This document shows, one piece after another, positions 29,070 to 39,926 of a stretch of 64,000 bases of DNA. The DNA lies in NCBI GenBank assembly GCA_963663165.1, contig OY760175.1, forward strand, positions 6,528,001-6,592,000. The letters run 5' to 3'. The notes beneath the pieces were generated by a model. The model was not told the DNA's origin, searched no databases, and was given only the letters and a program-made list of their open reading frames with translations. The stretch comes from an uncultured Desulfospira sp. (lineage in GTDB: Bacteria; Desulfobacterota; Desulfobacteria; Desulfobacterales; Desulfobacteraceae). Numbering within the stretch: the first letter of the stretch is position 1; every line of letters starts with the position of its first letter. Made by a program: the position numbers and the translations under genes.

Positions 29070-29927
29070 ATGGACTGGACCATTCTTAACCTGCTTTCCT
29101 GGACCGAGTCCTATTTTAAAAAACATGGGGTTGACAGTCCCCGGCTGACCGCCGAGATTCTGCTGGGGTTTTGCCTGAACATCCGGCGGCTGGACCTTTA
29201 TCTTCAGTATGACAGACCCATGCAGGACGATGAACTCAAGCGGTTCAAGGCCTTACTAAAAAGGCGGGTTGGCCATGAACCGGTGGCCTATATTACCGGC
29301 ACCAGGGGATTTTACGAGTCTGATTTTTCAGTCGGCCCGGGGGTGTTGATCCCTCGTCCGGAAACAGAGCTGATGGTGGAAAAGGCAGCCCAATTTCTGG
29401 AAAAGGATTTGGGCCGCCCATGGAAAATCCTGGAGCTTGGCGTGGGGTCCGGTGCCGTGATTGTCTCTGTTGCCCGGATGTTTCCTTCACATCTGTACTT
29501 TGCCTCAGATATCAGTCATACCGCCCTTGAGGTGGCCGGGAAAAATGCCAAAGAACTTTTAGAGACACCGGTTCATTTTTTTAAGGGATCATGGTTTGAA
29601 CCCTTTGCTGAAACGGCCCGGTTTGATATGATCCTGTCCAACCCTCCGTATATTCCGGCAAAAGACATTGAGGGCCTTGCCCCTGAAGTAAAAGACCATG
29701 AACCCCTGGCCGCGCTGGACGGCGGCCCGGACGGCCTTGGCGCAATCCGAAAGATACTTTTCACCGCCCCGTTGTTCCTGGCCCCCGGAGGGGTTCTTTT
29801 GCTGGAAATGGGGTTTGACCAGGCCCGGGGGGTTACGGACATTGCTTGGGAAACCAAGGCATTTGAATCTGTGACGGTTTTCAAAGATCTATCGGGTCTT
29901 GACCGCCTGTTTTTAGGTCGTGTTTGA
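29070..29927 (+). CDS. prmC: Release factor glutamine methyltransferase
   Basis: EPVAYITG, VLIPRPETE, ELGVGSG, SNPPY, HEPLAALDGG. Confidence 0.97.
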   Translation: MDWTILNLLSWTESYFKKHGVDSPRLTAEILLGFCLNIRRLDLYLQYDRPMQDDELKRFKALLKRRVGHEPVAYITGTRGFYESDFSVGPGVLIPRPETELMVEKAAQFLEKDLGRPWKILELGVGSGAVIVSVARMFPSHLYFASDISHTALEVAGKNAKELLETPVHFFKGSWFEPFAETARFDMILSNPPYIPAKDIEGLAPEVKDHEPLAALDGGPDGLGAIRKILFTAPLFLAPGGVLLLEMGFDQARGVTDIAWETKAFESVTVFKDLSGLDRLFLGRV

Positions 29928-29985
29928 ACGAAACGTCACCCATCTGCTGTGTTGCAGTCAAAATATCAGTTTTTCGTCCAGACAC
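29920..29985. repeat. 66-bp mini inverted-repeat element (family C, copy 2) overlapping the prmC stop codon
   Basis: GTGTTTGAACGAAA..TTTCGTCCAGACAC ends with internal CACCCATCTGC; homologous to 6792-6851. Confidence 0.75.
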
Positions 29986-30074
29986 GGGGTTCTGGCCAGG
30001 CACAAAAGAAAAAAAGAAATTGATTCAATTATGATTTTTTGATATCTATGATAGGATTTTTTGCTGGAAACAAA

Positions 30075-30160
30075 AACGCACATCCATGGACCTGGAATCC
30101 GGTGCTCTTAACCGAGTCGATTCGCGGGAAAGAAGTGGGTGAAGGCACTAAAAACCATTA
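30075..30160 (+). ncRNA. rpsB 5' leader (t44-like S2 autoregulatory structure)
   Basis: Directly upstream of rpsB; CAC..GTG basal stem, GAATC/GATTC stem, CCGGTGC and GAAGGCA segments resembling the proteobacterial rpsB leader; boundaries approximate. Confidence 0.5.
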
Positions 30161-30179
30161 ATTAAAATTTGGAGAACAA

Positions 30180-31040
30180 ATGGCTTACATTACCATCAGA
30201 GAACTTCTCGAAGCCGGTGTCCATTTCGGACACCAGACCAAACGGTGGAACCCGAAAATGAAAAAATATATTTTCGGTGCAAGAAACGGTATTTACATCA
30301 TTGACCTTCAGCAGACAGTGAAACTTTTCAAGACTGCCCATGATTTTGTAAAGGATACGGCAGCCAGCGGAAAAGAAGTCCTGTTTGTGGGGACCAAAAA
30401 ACAGGCCTCCGAGGCGATTTATGAAGAGGCCAACCGGGCCGAAAGTTATTATGTGGAAAACCGGTGGCTTGGCGGAATGCTGACCAACTTTCAAACCATT
30501 AAGAACAATATTTCCCGGTTCCACTTCCTCAATTCCATTGAAAATGACGGCTCCCTTGAAAACTATCCCAAAAAAGAACAGGCCAAAATGCTCAAGGATA
30601 AAGCCAAACTTGAGTTTGATATCGGTGGTATCAGCAACATGAAAACCCTTCCGGGGGTTATTTTTATCATTGATCCCAAGAAAGAGGCCATTGCCGTTAA
30701 AGAGGCCAAGCGGCTTAAGATACCCATTGTTGCGGTGGTTGATACCAACTGTGACCCGGACGATATTGATTTTGTAATTCCGGGCAATGATGACGCCATC
30801 CGGTCCATCCGCCTGTTCGCCTCCCGCATAGCCGACGCGGCCATTGAGGGACGGCAGATTTATGAAGAAAAACAGCGGGCAGAATCGGACAAGTCCGATA
30901 CAGAAGCATTCTCCGAGGTTGAAGGAGATGAAAAAATCACCATAGAAACGGTTTCAGACGGTACAGACGGTCCTGTGGTTGAAAAGATTAAAAGAAAAAC
31001 CGCACCTGCAGAAGCCCAGGAAGCGGATACTGCAGAATAA
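30180..31040 (+). CDS. rpsB: 30S ribosomal protein S2
   Basis: [39 protein letters not shown]. Confidence 0.99.
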   Translation: MAYITIRELLEAGVHFGHQTKRWNPKMKKYIFGARNGIYIIDLQQTVKLFKTAHDFVKDTAASGKEVLFVGTKKQASEAIYEEANRAESYYVENRWLGGMLTNFQTIKNNISRFHFLNSIENDGSLENYPKKEQAKMLKDKAKLEFDIGGISNMKTLPGVIFIIDPKKEAIAVKEAKRLKIPIVAVVDTNCDPDDIDFVIPGNDDAIRSIRLFASRIADAAIEGRQIYEEKQRAESDKSDTEAFSEVEGDEKITIETVSDGTDGPVVEKIKRKTAPAEAQEADTAE

Positions 31041-31056
31041 CGACTGATAAAGACTA

Positions 31057-31209
31057 ATAACCATTCAGCTAATGCTGAAAACTAAGCAAAACCAGGGTCC
31101 GTAACTGTTCATCAGTGCGTCACATTTGTTTAGTCAGTACTTCGGTGCATACTTTTGTTATGTGAGAAGGCCTTAAATGAGCGAAGGCAGGGCACTGCTG
31201 AACAGTTAC
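31057..31209. mobile_element. About 152-bp MITE-like element (family B, copy 1) between rpsB and tsf
   Basis: Aligns end to end with the reverse complement of 56112-56263; terminal RTAACYRTTCAGC..GCTGAACAGTTAC IRs plus an internal IR copy at 31101. Confidence 0.85.
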
Positions 31210-31236
31210 AAAGACTATTTTAAGGAGTGATATAAG

Positions 31237-31833
31237 ATGGCTGAGATTACAGCAGCAATGGTAAAGGAGCTTCGGGAGGCCACTGGGTCGGGCATTATGG
31301 ACTGCAAACGGGTCCTGGCTGAAGCTGAAGGGGATCTGGATAAAGCAGTTGAACTCCTCCGCAAAAAAGGACTGGCAAAGGCCGCCAAAAGGGCTGGCCG
31401 CTCTACTTCAGAAGGGATTATCTATTCCTATATCCATACCGGGGCCAAACTCGGTGTCCTGGTGGAAATCAACTGCGAATCTGACTTTGTGGCCAAAACA
31501 GACGATTTTGCCGAGTTTGCAAAAAATATTGCCATGCATATTGCAGCGGCTGCCCCGGCCGGCTTAAGCCCTGAAGACGTAGACCCCGCCGTTGTCGAAA
31601 AAGAACGGGAAATCTACAAAGCCCAGATGCTCGAAGAGGGGAAACCCGAAAATATCATCGATAAAATCGTGGATGGCAAGGTGGAAAAATTCTACAAGGA
31701 ATCCTGCCTGATGAGCCAGCAATATGTGAAAGATCCTCAGGTAACCATTACAGACCTGCTCAAGGAAACCATTGGTAAAATAGGCGAAAATATTCAGATC
31801 AAAAGATTTGCACGTTTCCAGATAGGGGAGTAA
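31237..31833 (+). CDS. tsf: Elongation factor Ts (short 198-aa form)
   Basis: [40 protein letters not shown]. Confidence 0.98.
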   Translation: MAEITAAMVKELREATGSGIMDCKRVLAEAEGDLDKAVELLRKKGLAKAAKRAGRSTSEGIIYSYIHTGAKLGVLVEINCESDFVAKTDDFAEFAKNIAMHIAAAAPAGLSPEDVDPAVVEKEREIYKAQMLEEGKPENIIDKIVDGKVEKFYKESCLMSQQYVKDPQVTITDLLKETIGKIGENIQIKRFARFQIGE

Positions 31834-31837
31834 ACTT

Positions 31838-32560
31838 TTGGATAACCAGCCTGAGTTTGAGAGAATTCTGATCAAATTAAGCGGCGAAGCCCTGATGGGA
31901 AATCAGGGCTTTGGCATCACCCCTGAAATGATCAATTATGTGGCTGATGAGATCGTCAAGGTCTTTCGTCTCGGTGTTCAGATCAGCATCGTGGTGGGCG
32001 GCGGTAATATTTTCAGGGGCGTTGCCGGAAGTTCCGCGGGCATGGACCGGACATCGGCCGATAATATGGGAATGCTGGCAACGGTTATCAACAGCCTGGC
32101 CCTGTGTGATGCCCTGGAAAAACATGACATCCCCACCCGGGTTCAGTCCGCCATTCCCATGGACCGGGTGGCCGAACCCTTTATCCGGAGAAAGGCCATC
32201 CGTCATCTTGAAAAAGGACGGGTGGTGATTTTTGCGGCGGGCACGGGCAACCCTTATTTTACTACAGATACGGCCGCTGTTCTCAGAGCCCATGAGACCC
32301 GTGCCCAGATCCTGTTCAAAGCCACTCAGGTGGATGGGATTTATGACAAAGACCCCATGGTTCACGATGATGCGGTAATGTATGATGAACTGTCATACAT
32401 GCGGGTGATCGAAAAACAGCTTCATGTTATGGACATGACCGCCATTTCCCTGGCCATGGAGCATGATCTTCCCCTCCAGGTATTTGATCTTCACAAGGCG
32501 GATAATATCTATAAAGCTGTTTTGGGACAGGATATCGGTACCCGCGTCTATAACAAGTAA
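31838..32560 (+). CDS. pyrH: UMP kinase
   Basis: [30 protein letters not shown]. Confidence 0.98.
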   Translation: MDNQPEFERILIKLSGEALMGNQGFGITPEMINYVADEIVKVFRLGVQISIVVGGGNIFRGVAGSSAGMDRTSADNMGMLATVINSLALCDALEKHDIPTRVQSAIPMDRVAEPFIRRKAIRHLEKGRVVIFAAGTGNPYFTTDTAAVLRAHETRAQILFKATQVDGIYDKDPMVHDDAVMYDELSYMRVIEKQLHVMDMTAISLAMEHDLPLQVFDLHKADNIYKAVLGQDIGTRVYNK

Positions 32561-32572
32561 GGATCTGTTGTT

Positions 32573-33130
32573 ATGATAAATGAAGTACTCGAAGAGACCA
32601 GAGACAGGATGGGAAAAACCCTGGAATCTTTTGAAAAAGAGATGAGCAGGGTCCGGACCGGAAGGGCTTCCCAGAACATGCTTGACAGCGTAAGAGTTGA
32701 TTATTACGGCACACAAACGCCCCTGCCCCAGATGGCCACGGTGTCGGTCCCCGAAAGCCGGCTGATAACGGTGAAACCCTGGGATGTCAGCGTAATCAAC
32801 GAGGTTGAAAAGGCCATTCTCAAGGCCAATCTCGGGCTGACCCCTTCCAATGACGGCAAGCTGATCCGGATCGCCATTCCCCCACTGACAGAGGAACGCA
32901 GAAAAGAAATCGTTAAAACCGTCAGCAAAACCTGTGAAGACTACAAGGTGGCTGTCAGAAACATCCGGCGGGATTCCAACGAGATGCTCAAGGACCTTCA
33001 AAAAGAAGGCGACATCTCAGAGGACGACAGCTTCAAAGGGCAAAAACAAGTCCAGGACCTGACCGACCAGTATATCAAGAAACTGGACGACACCTTCGCA
33101 GCCAAAGAAAAGGAAATCCTTGAAGTCTGA
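32573..33130 (+). CDS. frr: Ribosome recycling factor
   Basis: RTGRAS, VDYYG, PPLTEERRKE, VRNIRRD. Confidence 0.99.
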   Translation: MINEVLEETRDRMGKTLESFEKEMSRVRTGRASQNMLDSVRVDYYGTQTPLPQMATVSVPESRLITVKPWDVSVINEVEKAILKANLGLTPSNDGKLIRIAIPPLTEERRKEIVKTVSKTCEDYKVAVRNIRRDSNEMLKDLQKEGDISEDDSFKGQKQVQDLTDQYIKKLDDTFAAKEKEILEV

Positions 33131-33860
33131 TCTCTCGAAGCGGGCCAAAGAATTCGATCTGAGCAACATCCCTTCCCATATCGGGATGATCATGGACGGA
33201 AACGGGCGGTGGGCCAAAAAAAAGCTTTGGAACCGGGTCCGGGGGCATGAGAAAGGGACTCAGACGGTCCAGGATATGGTGGCCTTCTGTCAGGAGATCG
33301 GGATTCAATATCTGACCCTTTACGCATTTTCCACGGAAAACTGGGAAAGGCCTGCGGCCGAGATCTCAGCCCTGATGGCCCTGCTCAAAAAATTTATCAT
33401 TTCCGAAAGACAGGAAATGGCGGAACGGGAGATTCGCCTGAACATCTTGGGGCAGCTGGAAAGACTGCCTCGGGACGTACAGGAGGAAGCCGTAAAAACC
33501 CTGGAAATGACCCAAAACAACCAGGGGATGACCCTGAACCTGGCCATCAGCTACGGCAGCAGAGAAGAGATCACCTCCGGGGTCCGGGCTCTGGCCGAAC
33601 AGGTCCGAAAAGGAAGGCTTAATCCCGAAGATATAACCCCTGAGCTGATTTCCGGCCATCTGTACACGGCCGGCATGCCCGACCCTGACCTGATCATCCG
33701 GACGTCCGGTGAGTTCAGACTGAGCAATTTTCTCATGTGGCAGGCCGCCTATTCGGAAATTTACATCACCCAGACCCTGTGGCCTGATTTTAACAAAGAG
33801 GAACTGATTTCAATCTTAAAAGACTACCAGAAAAGGGACCGACGATTCGGTAAGGTCTGA
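33120..33860 (+). CDS. uppS: Undecaprenyl/isoprenyl diphosphate synthase
   Basis: IMDGNGRWA, YAFSTENWER, PDLIIRTSGEFRLSNF. Confidence 0.98.
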   Translation: MKSDLSKRAKEFDLSNIPSHIGMIMDGNGRWAKKKLWNRVRGHEKGTQTVQDMVAFCQEIGIQYLTLYAFSTENWERPAAEISALMALLKKFIISERQEMAEREIRLNILGQLERLPRDVQEEAVKTLEMTQNNQGMTLNLAISYGSREEITSGVRALAEQVRKGRLNPEDITPELISGHLYTAGMPDPDLIIRTSGEFRLSNFLMWQAAYSEIYITQTLWPDFNKEELISILKDYQKRDRRFGKV

Positions 33861-34675
33861 TGCAGCATTTCAAACGGTGGATAACAGCGCTGGTTTTTGC
33901 CCCCCTCGTGGTCTGGGTTCTGGTGACCGGAAGCCCGCAGTTGGTTGCCGGATTGATCTGTGTTGTGGCCATTGCCACGTTAAGAGAGTATCTTCGCATT
34001 GTATTTGCCCGAAAGGATACACCGGTTCCCCTTCCCATTAAAGTCATCTCCTATATCATGACCATTATCCTGCTGGTAGGGGCCACCTTAGGGGATTTTC
34101 AGGTCATGTTCCTGATTTTTGTTCTTAATTTCTTGGTACTGGCCTGTTTTGCCCTTTCCCGGTTTTTGGCAGATCCCACGATTTTTGATGTGATTGGCCG
34201 GCAGGCATTGGGATTCGTTTATATCTCTGTGCCCCTGTCCTTGCTGGTATTTTTAAAGGACATGGAAGGCGGGGCACTCTGGATTGTCTGGATGTTGATT
34301 GTTATTTTTGCCAATGATACCGGGGCATTCTACGCCGGCACCTACCGGGGAAAACATAAGCTGGCCCCCCGGATCAGCCCTAAAAAAACCATTGAAGGTG
34401 CTGTCGGCGGTATCGTGACATCCGTGGTTGCCGGGTTCGTTTTCTGCCTGGTTTTTTTCAGTGACCTGGCCCTTGGGCTGGTCATGGTTCCCTGCACTTT
34501 TTTAATGGCCGTGGCCGGACAGGTCGGGGACCTGTTTGAATCGGCCATGAAACGCGGGGCGTCCATTAAAGATTCCGGCCGGATGCTGCCCGGGCACGGG
34601 GGCATGCTGGACCGTATAGACGGGTTGCTGTTTGCCGTCCCGGTCCTTTATGTTTATCTGGTATTTGTTATATGA
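33860..34675 (+). CDS. cdsA: Phosphatidate cytidylyltransferase
   Basis: NDTGAFYAG, ISPKKTIEG, GDLFESAMKR..KDSG.MLPGHGGMLDRIDG. Confidence 0.97.
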   Translation: MQHFKRWITALVFAPLVVWVLVTGSPQLVAGLICVVAIATLREYLRIVFARKDTPVPLPIKVISYIMTIILLVGATLGDFQVMFLIFVLNFLVLACFALSRFLADPTIFDVIGRQALGFVYISVPLSLLVFLKDMEGGALWIVWMLIVIFANDTGAFYAGTYRGKHKLAPRISPKKTIEGAVGGIVTSVVAGFVFCLVFFSDLALGLVMVPCTFLMAVAGQVGDLFESAMKRGASIKDSGRMLPGHGGMLDRIDGLLFAVPVLYVYLVFVI

Positions 34676-35820
34676 AAACCCTTTCCATCCTGGGCGCTAC
34701 CGGATCTATCGGTACGTCCTGCCTTGATATTGTCCGGCTTCATCCGGACCGGTTTCAGGTCAAGGCCATGACCTGTGCCACAAGCCTTGAGCCCATGGCA
34801 AGGCTTGTGGCTGAATTTCACCCTGAAATGGTGGCGGTGCTTAACGAAGAAAACGCCGTTGCGCTAAGCCGTCTTTTAACCGGGTCCCACAAACCTGAAA
34901 TCAGGTTCGGCCAGGAAGGATATAAGGCCGCCGCGGCCTGGCCCTCCAGTGATGCCGTATTACTGGCCATGGTGGGGGCCGCAGGCCTTGCGCCGGCCCT
35001 TTGCGCTATTGACGCGCAAAAAGAGGTGGCCCTGGCCAACAAGGAAACCCTGGTCATGGCAGGGGAACTGGTCATGGCAAGGGCCAGGCAAAACCATGTG
35101 GCCATCCGGCCTGTGGACAGCGAACATTCTGCCATTTTTCAATGCCTTCAGGGAAATCAGTCAAAGGATTTAAAAAAAATTTTTTTGACCGCATCGGGCG
35201 GCCCTTTCAGGACCCTTCCCGGCAAAGAATTTGCCCGCATTGCCCCGGAAGACGCATTAAACCATCCCACCTGGGACATGGGGCCCAAAATTACCATTGA
35301 TTCCGCTACCCTGATGAACAAGGGACTTGAAATTATCGAAGCGGTTCACCTGTTTGATGTGCCGGCCCATGCCATCGAGGTCCTGGTTCATCCCCAGAGC
35401 ATTGTCCACTCCATGGTGGGGTTTGCCGACGGTGCCGTTATCGCCCAGATGGGGGTCCCGGATATGAAAGAGGCGATTTCCTATGCCTTGTCCATGCCGG
35501 ACCGCCTTAACCTTAACACGGCCCTGCCGGATTTTGCAGGCCTTGGCTCCCTGATGTTTGAATCCCCTGATTTTCAGAAATTCCCCAGTCTTGATTTCGC
35601 CTTTGAGGCCTGCCGGCAAAAAGGAACCCTTCCCTGTGTGATGAACGCGGCAAACGAAATCGCTGTTCAAGGGTTTTTAGCCCATAAAATCAAGTTTACA
35701 GATATCTTTGATATCATCAGCACCTGCATGGGGCAGCACACCCGCATTGACAATCCCAGTCTTTCAGGTATTATTGAAGCCGATTCCTGGGCCAGGGAGC
35801 GGGCGCTCTCCCTGATCTGA
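34672..35820 (+). CDS. dxr: 1-deoxy-D-xylulose-5-phosphate reductoisomerase
   Basis: LGATGSIG, LANKETLV, PVDSEHSA, HPTWDMGPKITIDSATLMNKGLE. Confidence 0.98.
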   Translation: MKTLSILGATGSIGTSCLDIVRLHPDRFQVKAMTCATSLEPMARLVAEFHPEMVAVLNEENAVALSRLLTGSHKPEIRFGQEGYKAAAAWPSSDAVLLAMVGAAGLAPALCAIDAQKEVALANKETLVMAGELVMARARQNHVAIRPVDSEHSAIFQCLQGNQSKDLKKIFLTASGGPFRTLPGKEFARIAPEDALNHPTWDMGPKITIDSATLMNKGLEIIEAVHLFDVPAHAIEVLVHPQSIVHSMVGFADGAVIAQMGVPDMKEAISYALSMPDRLNLNTALPDFAGLGSLMFESPDFQKFPSLDFAFEACRQKGTLPCVMNAANEIAVQGFLAHKIKFTDIFDIISTCMGQHTRIDNPSLSGIIEADSWARERALSLI

Positions 35821-35839
35821 ACAAAAAAGAGGTACACCT

Positions 35840-36910
35840 ATGGGGTATTCTGTCGTTGCATTTATTATTGTTATCGGGGTTCTTGTCTTTTTCCATGAAT
35901 TGGGCCATTTTCTGGTGGCACGCCTTTGCGGCGTAGGGGTCCTGGTTTTTTCCCTGGGATTCGGTCCCAAGATTTTTAAAAAAGTTCACGGCAAAACCGA
36001 GTATTGCATTTCCGCCATTCCCCTTGGCGGATACGTTAAGATGGTGGGCGAAGAACCGGATGCCAAACTTGCGCCCGAGGACATCCCGTTTTCCTTTACC
36101 CATAAGTCTTTGCTCAAAAAAAGCCTGATCGTTGCCGCCGGCCCGGCCTTTAATTTTTTTCTGGCCATTGCTATTTTCTTCCTTCTCTACCAGTTTGCCG
36201 GCATGTTTTTGTCCCAGCCGGTCATCGGCAAAGTGATTGAGGATTCCCCGGCCCAGTCGGCGGGCCTTATCCCCGGGGACAGGATCAAAGAGATTGACGG
36301 CCGGGAAATTGAGTCTTTTGAAGATATCATGAAACTCGTTTCCTCAGGCGACGGGGGAAGGCTTGAGATCATTATTGAGCGAGAGGACCACATTAAAATG
36401 GTGGCGCTTACACCGGAAAAAAGACCGGATAAAAATGAGTTCGGAGAGCCTGTGGAGCGGTACATCATCGGGATTATGGGGACAGGAGAAACCTTTCACA
36501 AACCCTTGAACCCGATTCAGGCCATGGGGATGTCCTTAACGGATACCTGGGGACTGATCCGGCTGACCATCGTTTCCGTGGTCAAAATGATCAATGGGTC
36601 GGTCTCGGCCAATAACCTTGGCGGGCCCATCATGATCGCCCAGATGGCCGGCGAGCAGGCCAAGGCCGGCATCATGAATTTTGTCTGGTTTATTGCCCTG
36701 TTGTCGGTTAACCTGGGAATCATCAATTTGTTTCCTATTCCGGTTCTGGACGGGGGGCATCTGCTGTTTTTCGGGATAGAGGCCGTTACCGGCAAGTCCG
36801 TGGGGGACAAACTTCGGGAAAAAATGATTCAATTTGGTGCGGCCATGCTGGTGGCCTTAATGGTTTTTGTATTTTACAACGACATTATCAGGATAATCAA
36901 TGGTGGGTAA
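35840..36910 (+). CDS. rseP: Site-2 intramembrane zinc metalloprotease with PDZ domain
   Basis: HELGH, PLGGYVKM, NLFPIPVLDGGH. Confidence 0.97.
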   Translation: MGYSVVAFIIVIGVLVFFHELGHFLVARLCGVGVLVFSLGFGPKIFKKVHGKTEYCISAIPLGGYVKMVGEEPDAKLAPEDIPFSFTHKSLLKKSLIVAAGPAFNFFLAIAIFFLLYQFAGMFLSQPVIGKVIEDSPAQSAGLIPGDRIKEIDGREIESFEDIMKLVSSGDGGRLEIIIEREDHIKMVALTPEKRPDKNEFGEPVERYIIGIMGTGETFHKPLNPIQAMGMSLTDTWGLIRLTIVSVVKMINGSVSANNLGGPIMIAQMAGEQAKAGIMNFVWFIALLSVNLGIINLFPIPVLDGGHLLFFGIEAVTGKSVGDKLREKMIQFGAAMLVALMVFVFYNDIIRIINGG

Positions 36911-39900
36911 TATGATTTCATCCATAGAAACCGCGCTTAAACCTGAGCTTGCCGATGCCCAGGGCGCTTCTCTTGCGGCTAAGGCAGCCTCGTATTTTAA
37001 TATCAATATGGATTCGGCCCGGTGTGTGAACATCGTGACCGTTGAATCCGACCTGGCAGGGGATCAGCTGGAACGGATCCGGCAGGAGATTTTAACCAAC
37101 CCTGTTACCCAGGTGTCCGGGCTTACCCCCCTTGATATTCCCTTTGACTGGTGTATCTGGATTGGGTTCAGGCCCGGGGTCAGGGACAACCCGGGGGCTA
37201 CGGCCATGGAGGCGGTCAAGGATGTCCTTGGCAAAGATTTTTCTTCAGATGAAGGCATTTACACCTCAAAACGGTATTGCATCACCGGCAGCGGCCTGAC
37301 CCGGGAAAATATGGAAACCGTTGCCGGGGAACTGTTATCCAATCCAATTATCCAGCAGTTTAAGATTTTTTCAAAAGATGCGTGGGATCCTCGTCTTGGC
37401 GTGAACGTGCAGCCGCCCAAGGTGATGTTGAACCATACCCCGGGCTGGGATGAGATCAATATTGATTCCAATGAAACCCTGGGCAAGATCAGCGATGAGA
37501 GAAACCTGGCTTTAAACCCCAGGGATATCCCCATTATCAGGGAGTATTTCCTTTCACCCACTGTCCTTGAATCCAGAAAATCGGTGGGGCTTTCCAAACC
37601 CACGGACGTGGAACTGGAATATATTTCCCAGGCCAGAAGCGATCATTGCAACCACAACACCTTTAACGGTATTTTTCGATACAAGGATGCCGCCACCGGT
37701 GAAGCGGTAATTGAAACGTCTCTGTTTAAAACCTATATCCAGCAGCCCACCCTGGCCTTAAAAGAAGAAAAAGACTGGGTGGTATCAGTTCTCTGGGACA
37801 ATGCCGGCGTGGGCCGTCTGGATGATGAAAACAACTATGTGATCACCGGGGAAACCCATAACTCGCCATCCAATATGGAGGCTTACGGCGGGGCCATTAC
37901 CGGCATTGTAGGGGTCTACCGGGACCCCATGGGAACGGGCCTTGGGTCCAAACTGTTCATGGGCAGTTTCGGGTTCTGCGTGGGGGATATCCATTATGAC
38001 GGGCCCTTAAAACCGCCCCTGCATCCCCGGCGGCTTTTAGACGGGGTCATTGAAGGCGTCAAGGACGGGGGCAACAAGAGCGGGGTCCCCACCACATTCG
38101 GCCAGACCCTGTTTGATCCCGGGTATATGGGCAAAAGCCTGGTATTTGTGACCGCCCTGGGGGTCATGCCCAAAACGGTCAAGGGAAAGCCCAGCCACGA
38201 AAAGAAAACCACCCCCGGCGACCTGATCATCATGAGCGGGGGGCGGGTGGGAAAGGACGGGATTCACGGGGTGACGGCCTCGTCTGAATCCTATTCTGAA
38301 AATACCCCGGCCGGCCACGTCCAGATCGGTGATCCCTATACCCAGAAAAAAATGCACGACTTTCTCCTGGTCTGCCGGGATGAGGGGCTGATCCCCTTCA
38401 TTACAGACAACGGCGGGGGCGGGCTTTCTTCCTCCATCGGGGAGTCGGCCATGATTTCCAACGGGTGTGTGGTGCAGCTGGACAAGGTTCCCTTAAAATA
38501 TGAGGGGCTGGACATGTGGGAGATCTGGATATCGGAATCCCAGGAGCGCATGACCATTGCCGTGAAACCCGAGAACCTGGAACGGTTCATGGCCCTGTCT
38601 AACCTTCATGAGGTGGAATCCACCGTGATCGGGGAATATACGGACACGGGCAAACTTCACATCAAGTATAAGGATCAGACCTGTGCCTATGTGGACATGG
38701 ATCTACTGGAAAAAGGGTTTCCGGCCTGGGAATTTGATGCCCTCTGGCTGTCGCCTGAAAAAAGGGGGCTGACCGAACCCGTGATATCCACCCCCGTGGA
38801 TTTTAACGCCCTGCTGCTCAAGATGCTGGAGAGGCCCAATATCTGCTCAAAGGAGTGGATTATGCGCCAGTATGACCACGAGGTCCAGGGCGGGTCAGTG
38901 ATCAAGCCCCTGGTGGGGGTGAAGCAGAATATTCCATCGGATGCCTCTGTCACCAGGCCCGTACTGACATCGGACAAGGGGCTTGCCTTTTCCCAGAGCC
39001 TGCTGCCCTGGTACTCAAAGATCGACGCCTACCACATGATGGCCTGCACCATTGACGAGGCGGTGAGAAGACTGATCGCCGTGGGCGGGACTTTGGACCA
39101 CATCGGCGGGGTGGACAATTTCTGCTGGCCCAATATCGGGTTTGACGAACAGACCAACCCGGACGGAAAATTCAAGGCAGCTCAGCTGGTCCGGGCCTGC
39201 CGGGCGTTGAAAGACAGCTGTATGTCCTTTGGTATTCCGCTGCTGTCCGGCAAGGACTCCATGTATGTGGACGGCCATCTCCAAGGGCAGTTCGGTGAAA
39301 GAATCAAAGTGTCGGCCCTGGAGACGGTTCAGTTTTCGGCCACGTCAGTCATTGAAAACGTGGCATCCTGCCTGACCCTGGATCCCAAAATTCCCGGCGA
39401 TTACATTTATGTGGCCGGCCGGACCCTGGATGAACTGGGGGCTTCGGAATATTATGATTTGTTTGGTAAAACAGGGCTTAATGTCCCCAAAGTGAATTTT
39501 GGCGAGAGCAAGGTCCTTTACCGGGCCATTGAAAAAGCCATTGAAAAGGACCTTGTGGCATCCTGCCATGCCGTGGCCCGGGGGGGCTTAGGGGTCCACT
39601 TTTCCCTTATGGCCATGGCCGGCGGCCTTGGCCTGGAAATTGATATGGACAAGGTTCCCGGGGCAGCCCCTGACCAGACCCCGGCATTGTCCATTGACAC
39701 CGTGCTGTTTTCCGAGTCAGCCGGCCGGTTTATCCTGACGGTATCCCCTGAAAACCAGGAAACCTTTGAGAAACTGACCAAAGGACTTGCCGTCAGCTGT
39801 GTGGGCCGGATTTTGGAAAATCAGTCCCAATTAATTATCAGCCGGACAGATGGCCAGGCGGTTGTGGATATTTCCATTGACCTTCTTGAAACCGCGTTCA

Positions 39901-39926
39901 ACACCCCTTTTGGAGATATGATATGA
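36900..39926 (+). CDS. purL: Phosphoribosylformylglycinamidine synthase subunit PurL (long form without glutaminase domain; start may be ATG 36912)
   Basis: SDHCNH, ETHNSPS..YGGAITGIVGVYRD, DNGGGGLSSS, SESQERM, QYDHEVQG, SGKDSM, LFSESAGR. Confidence 0.95.
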   Translation: MVGNMISSIETALKPELADAQGASLAAKAASYFNINMDSARCVNIVTVESDLAGDQLERIRQEILTNPVTQVSGLTPLDIPFDWCIWIGFRPGVRDNPGATAMEAVKDVLGKDFSSDEGIYTSKRYCITGSGLTRENMETVAGELLSNPIIQQFKIFSKDAWDPRLGVNVQPPKVMLNHTPGWDEINIDSNETLGKISDERNLALNPRDIPIIREYFLSPTVLESRKSVGLSKPTDVELEYISQARSDHCNHNTFNGIFRYKDAATGEAVIETSLFKTYIQQPTLALKEEKDWVVSVLWDNAGVGRLDDENNYVITGETHNSPSNMEAYGGAITGIVGVYRDPMGTGLGSKLFMGSFGFCVGDIHYDGPLKPPLHPRRLLDGVIEGVKDGGNKSGVPTTFGQTLFDPGYMGKSLVFVTALGVMPKTVKGKPSHEKKTTPGDLIIMSGGRVGKDGIHGVTASSESYSENTPAGHVQIGDPYTQKKMHDFLLVCRDEGLIPFITDNGGGGLSSSIGESAMISNGCVVQLDKVPLKYEGLDMWEIWISESQERMTIAVKPENLERFMALSNLHEVESTVIGEYTDTGKLHIKYKDQTCAYVDMDLLEKGFPAWEFDALWLSPEKRGLTEPVISTPVDFNALLLKMLERPNICSKEWIMRQYDHEVQGGSVIKPLVGVKQNIPSDASVTRPVLTSDKGLAFSQSLLPWYSKIDAYHMMACTIDEAVRRLIAVGGTLDHIGGVDNFCWPNIGFDEQTNPDGKFKAAQLVRACRALKDSCMSFGIPLLSGKDSMYVDGHLQGQFGERIKVSALETVQFSATSVIENVASCLTLDPKIPGDYIYVAGRTLDELGASEYYDLFGKTGLNVPKVNFGESKVLYRAIEKAIEKDLVASCHAVARGGLGVHFSLMAMAGGLGLEIDMDKVPGAAPDQTPALSIDTVLFSESAGRFILTVSPENQETFEKLTKGLAVSCVGRILENQSQLIISRTDGQAVVDISIDLLETAFNTPFGDMI

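Noticed and set aside
31237..31833. Truncated EF-Ts
   Set aside because: About 200-aa EF-Ts is a known natural form and both termini are intact
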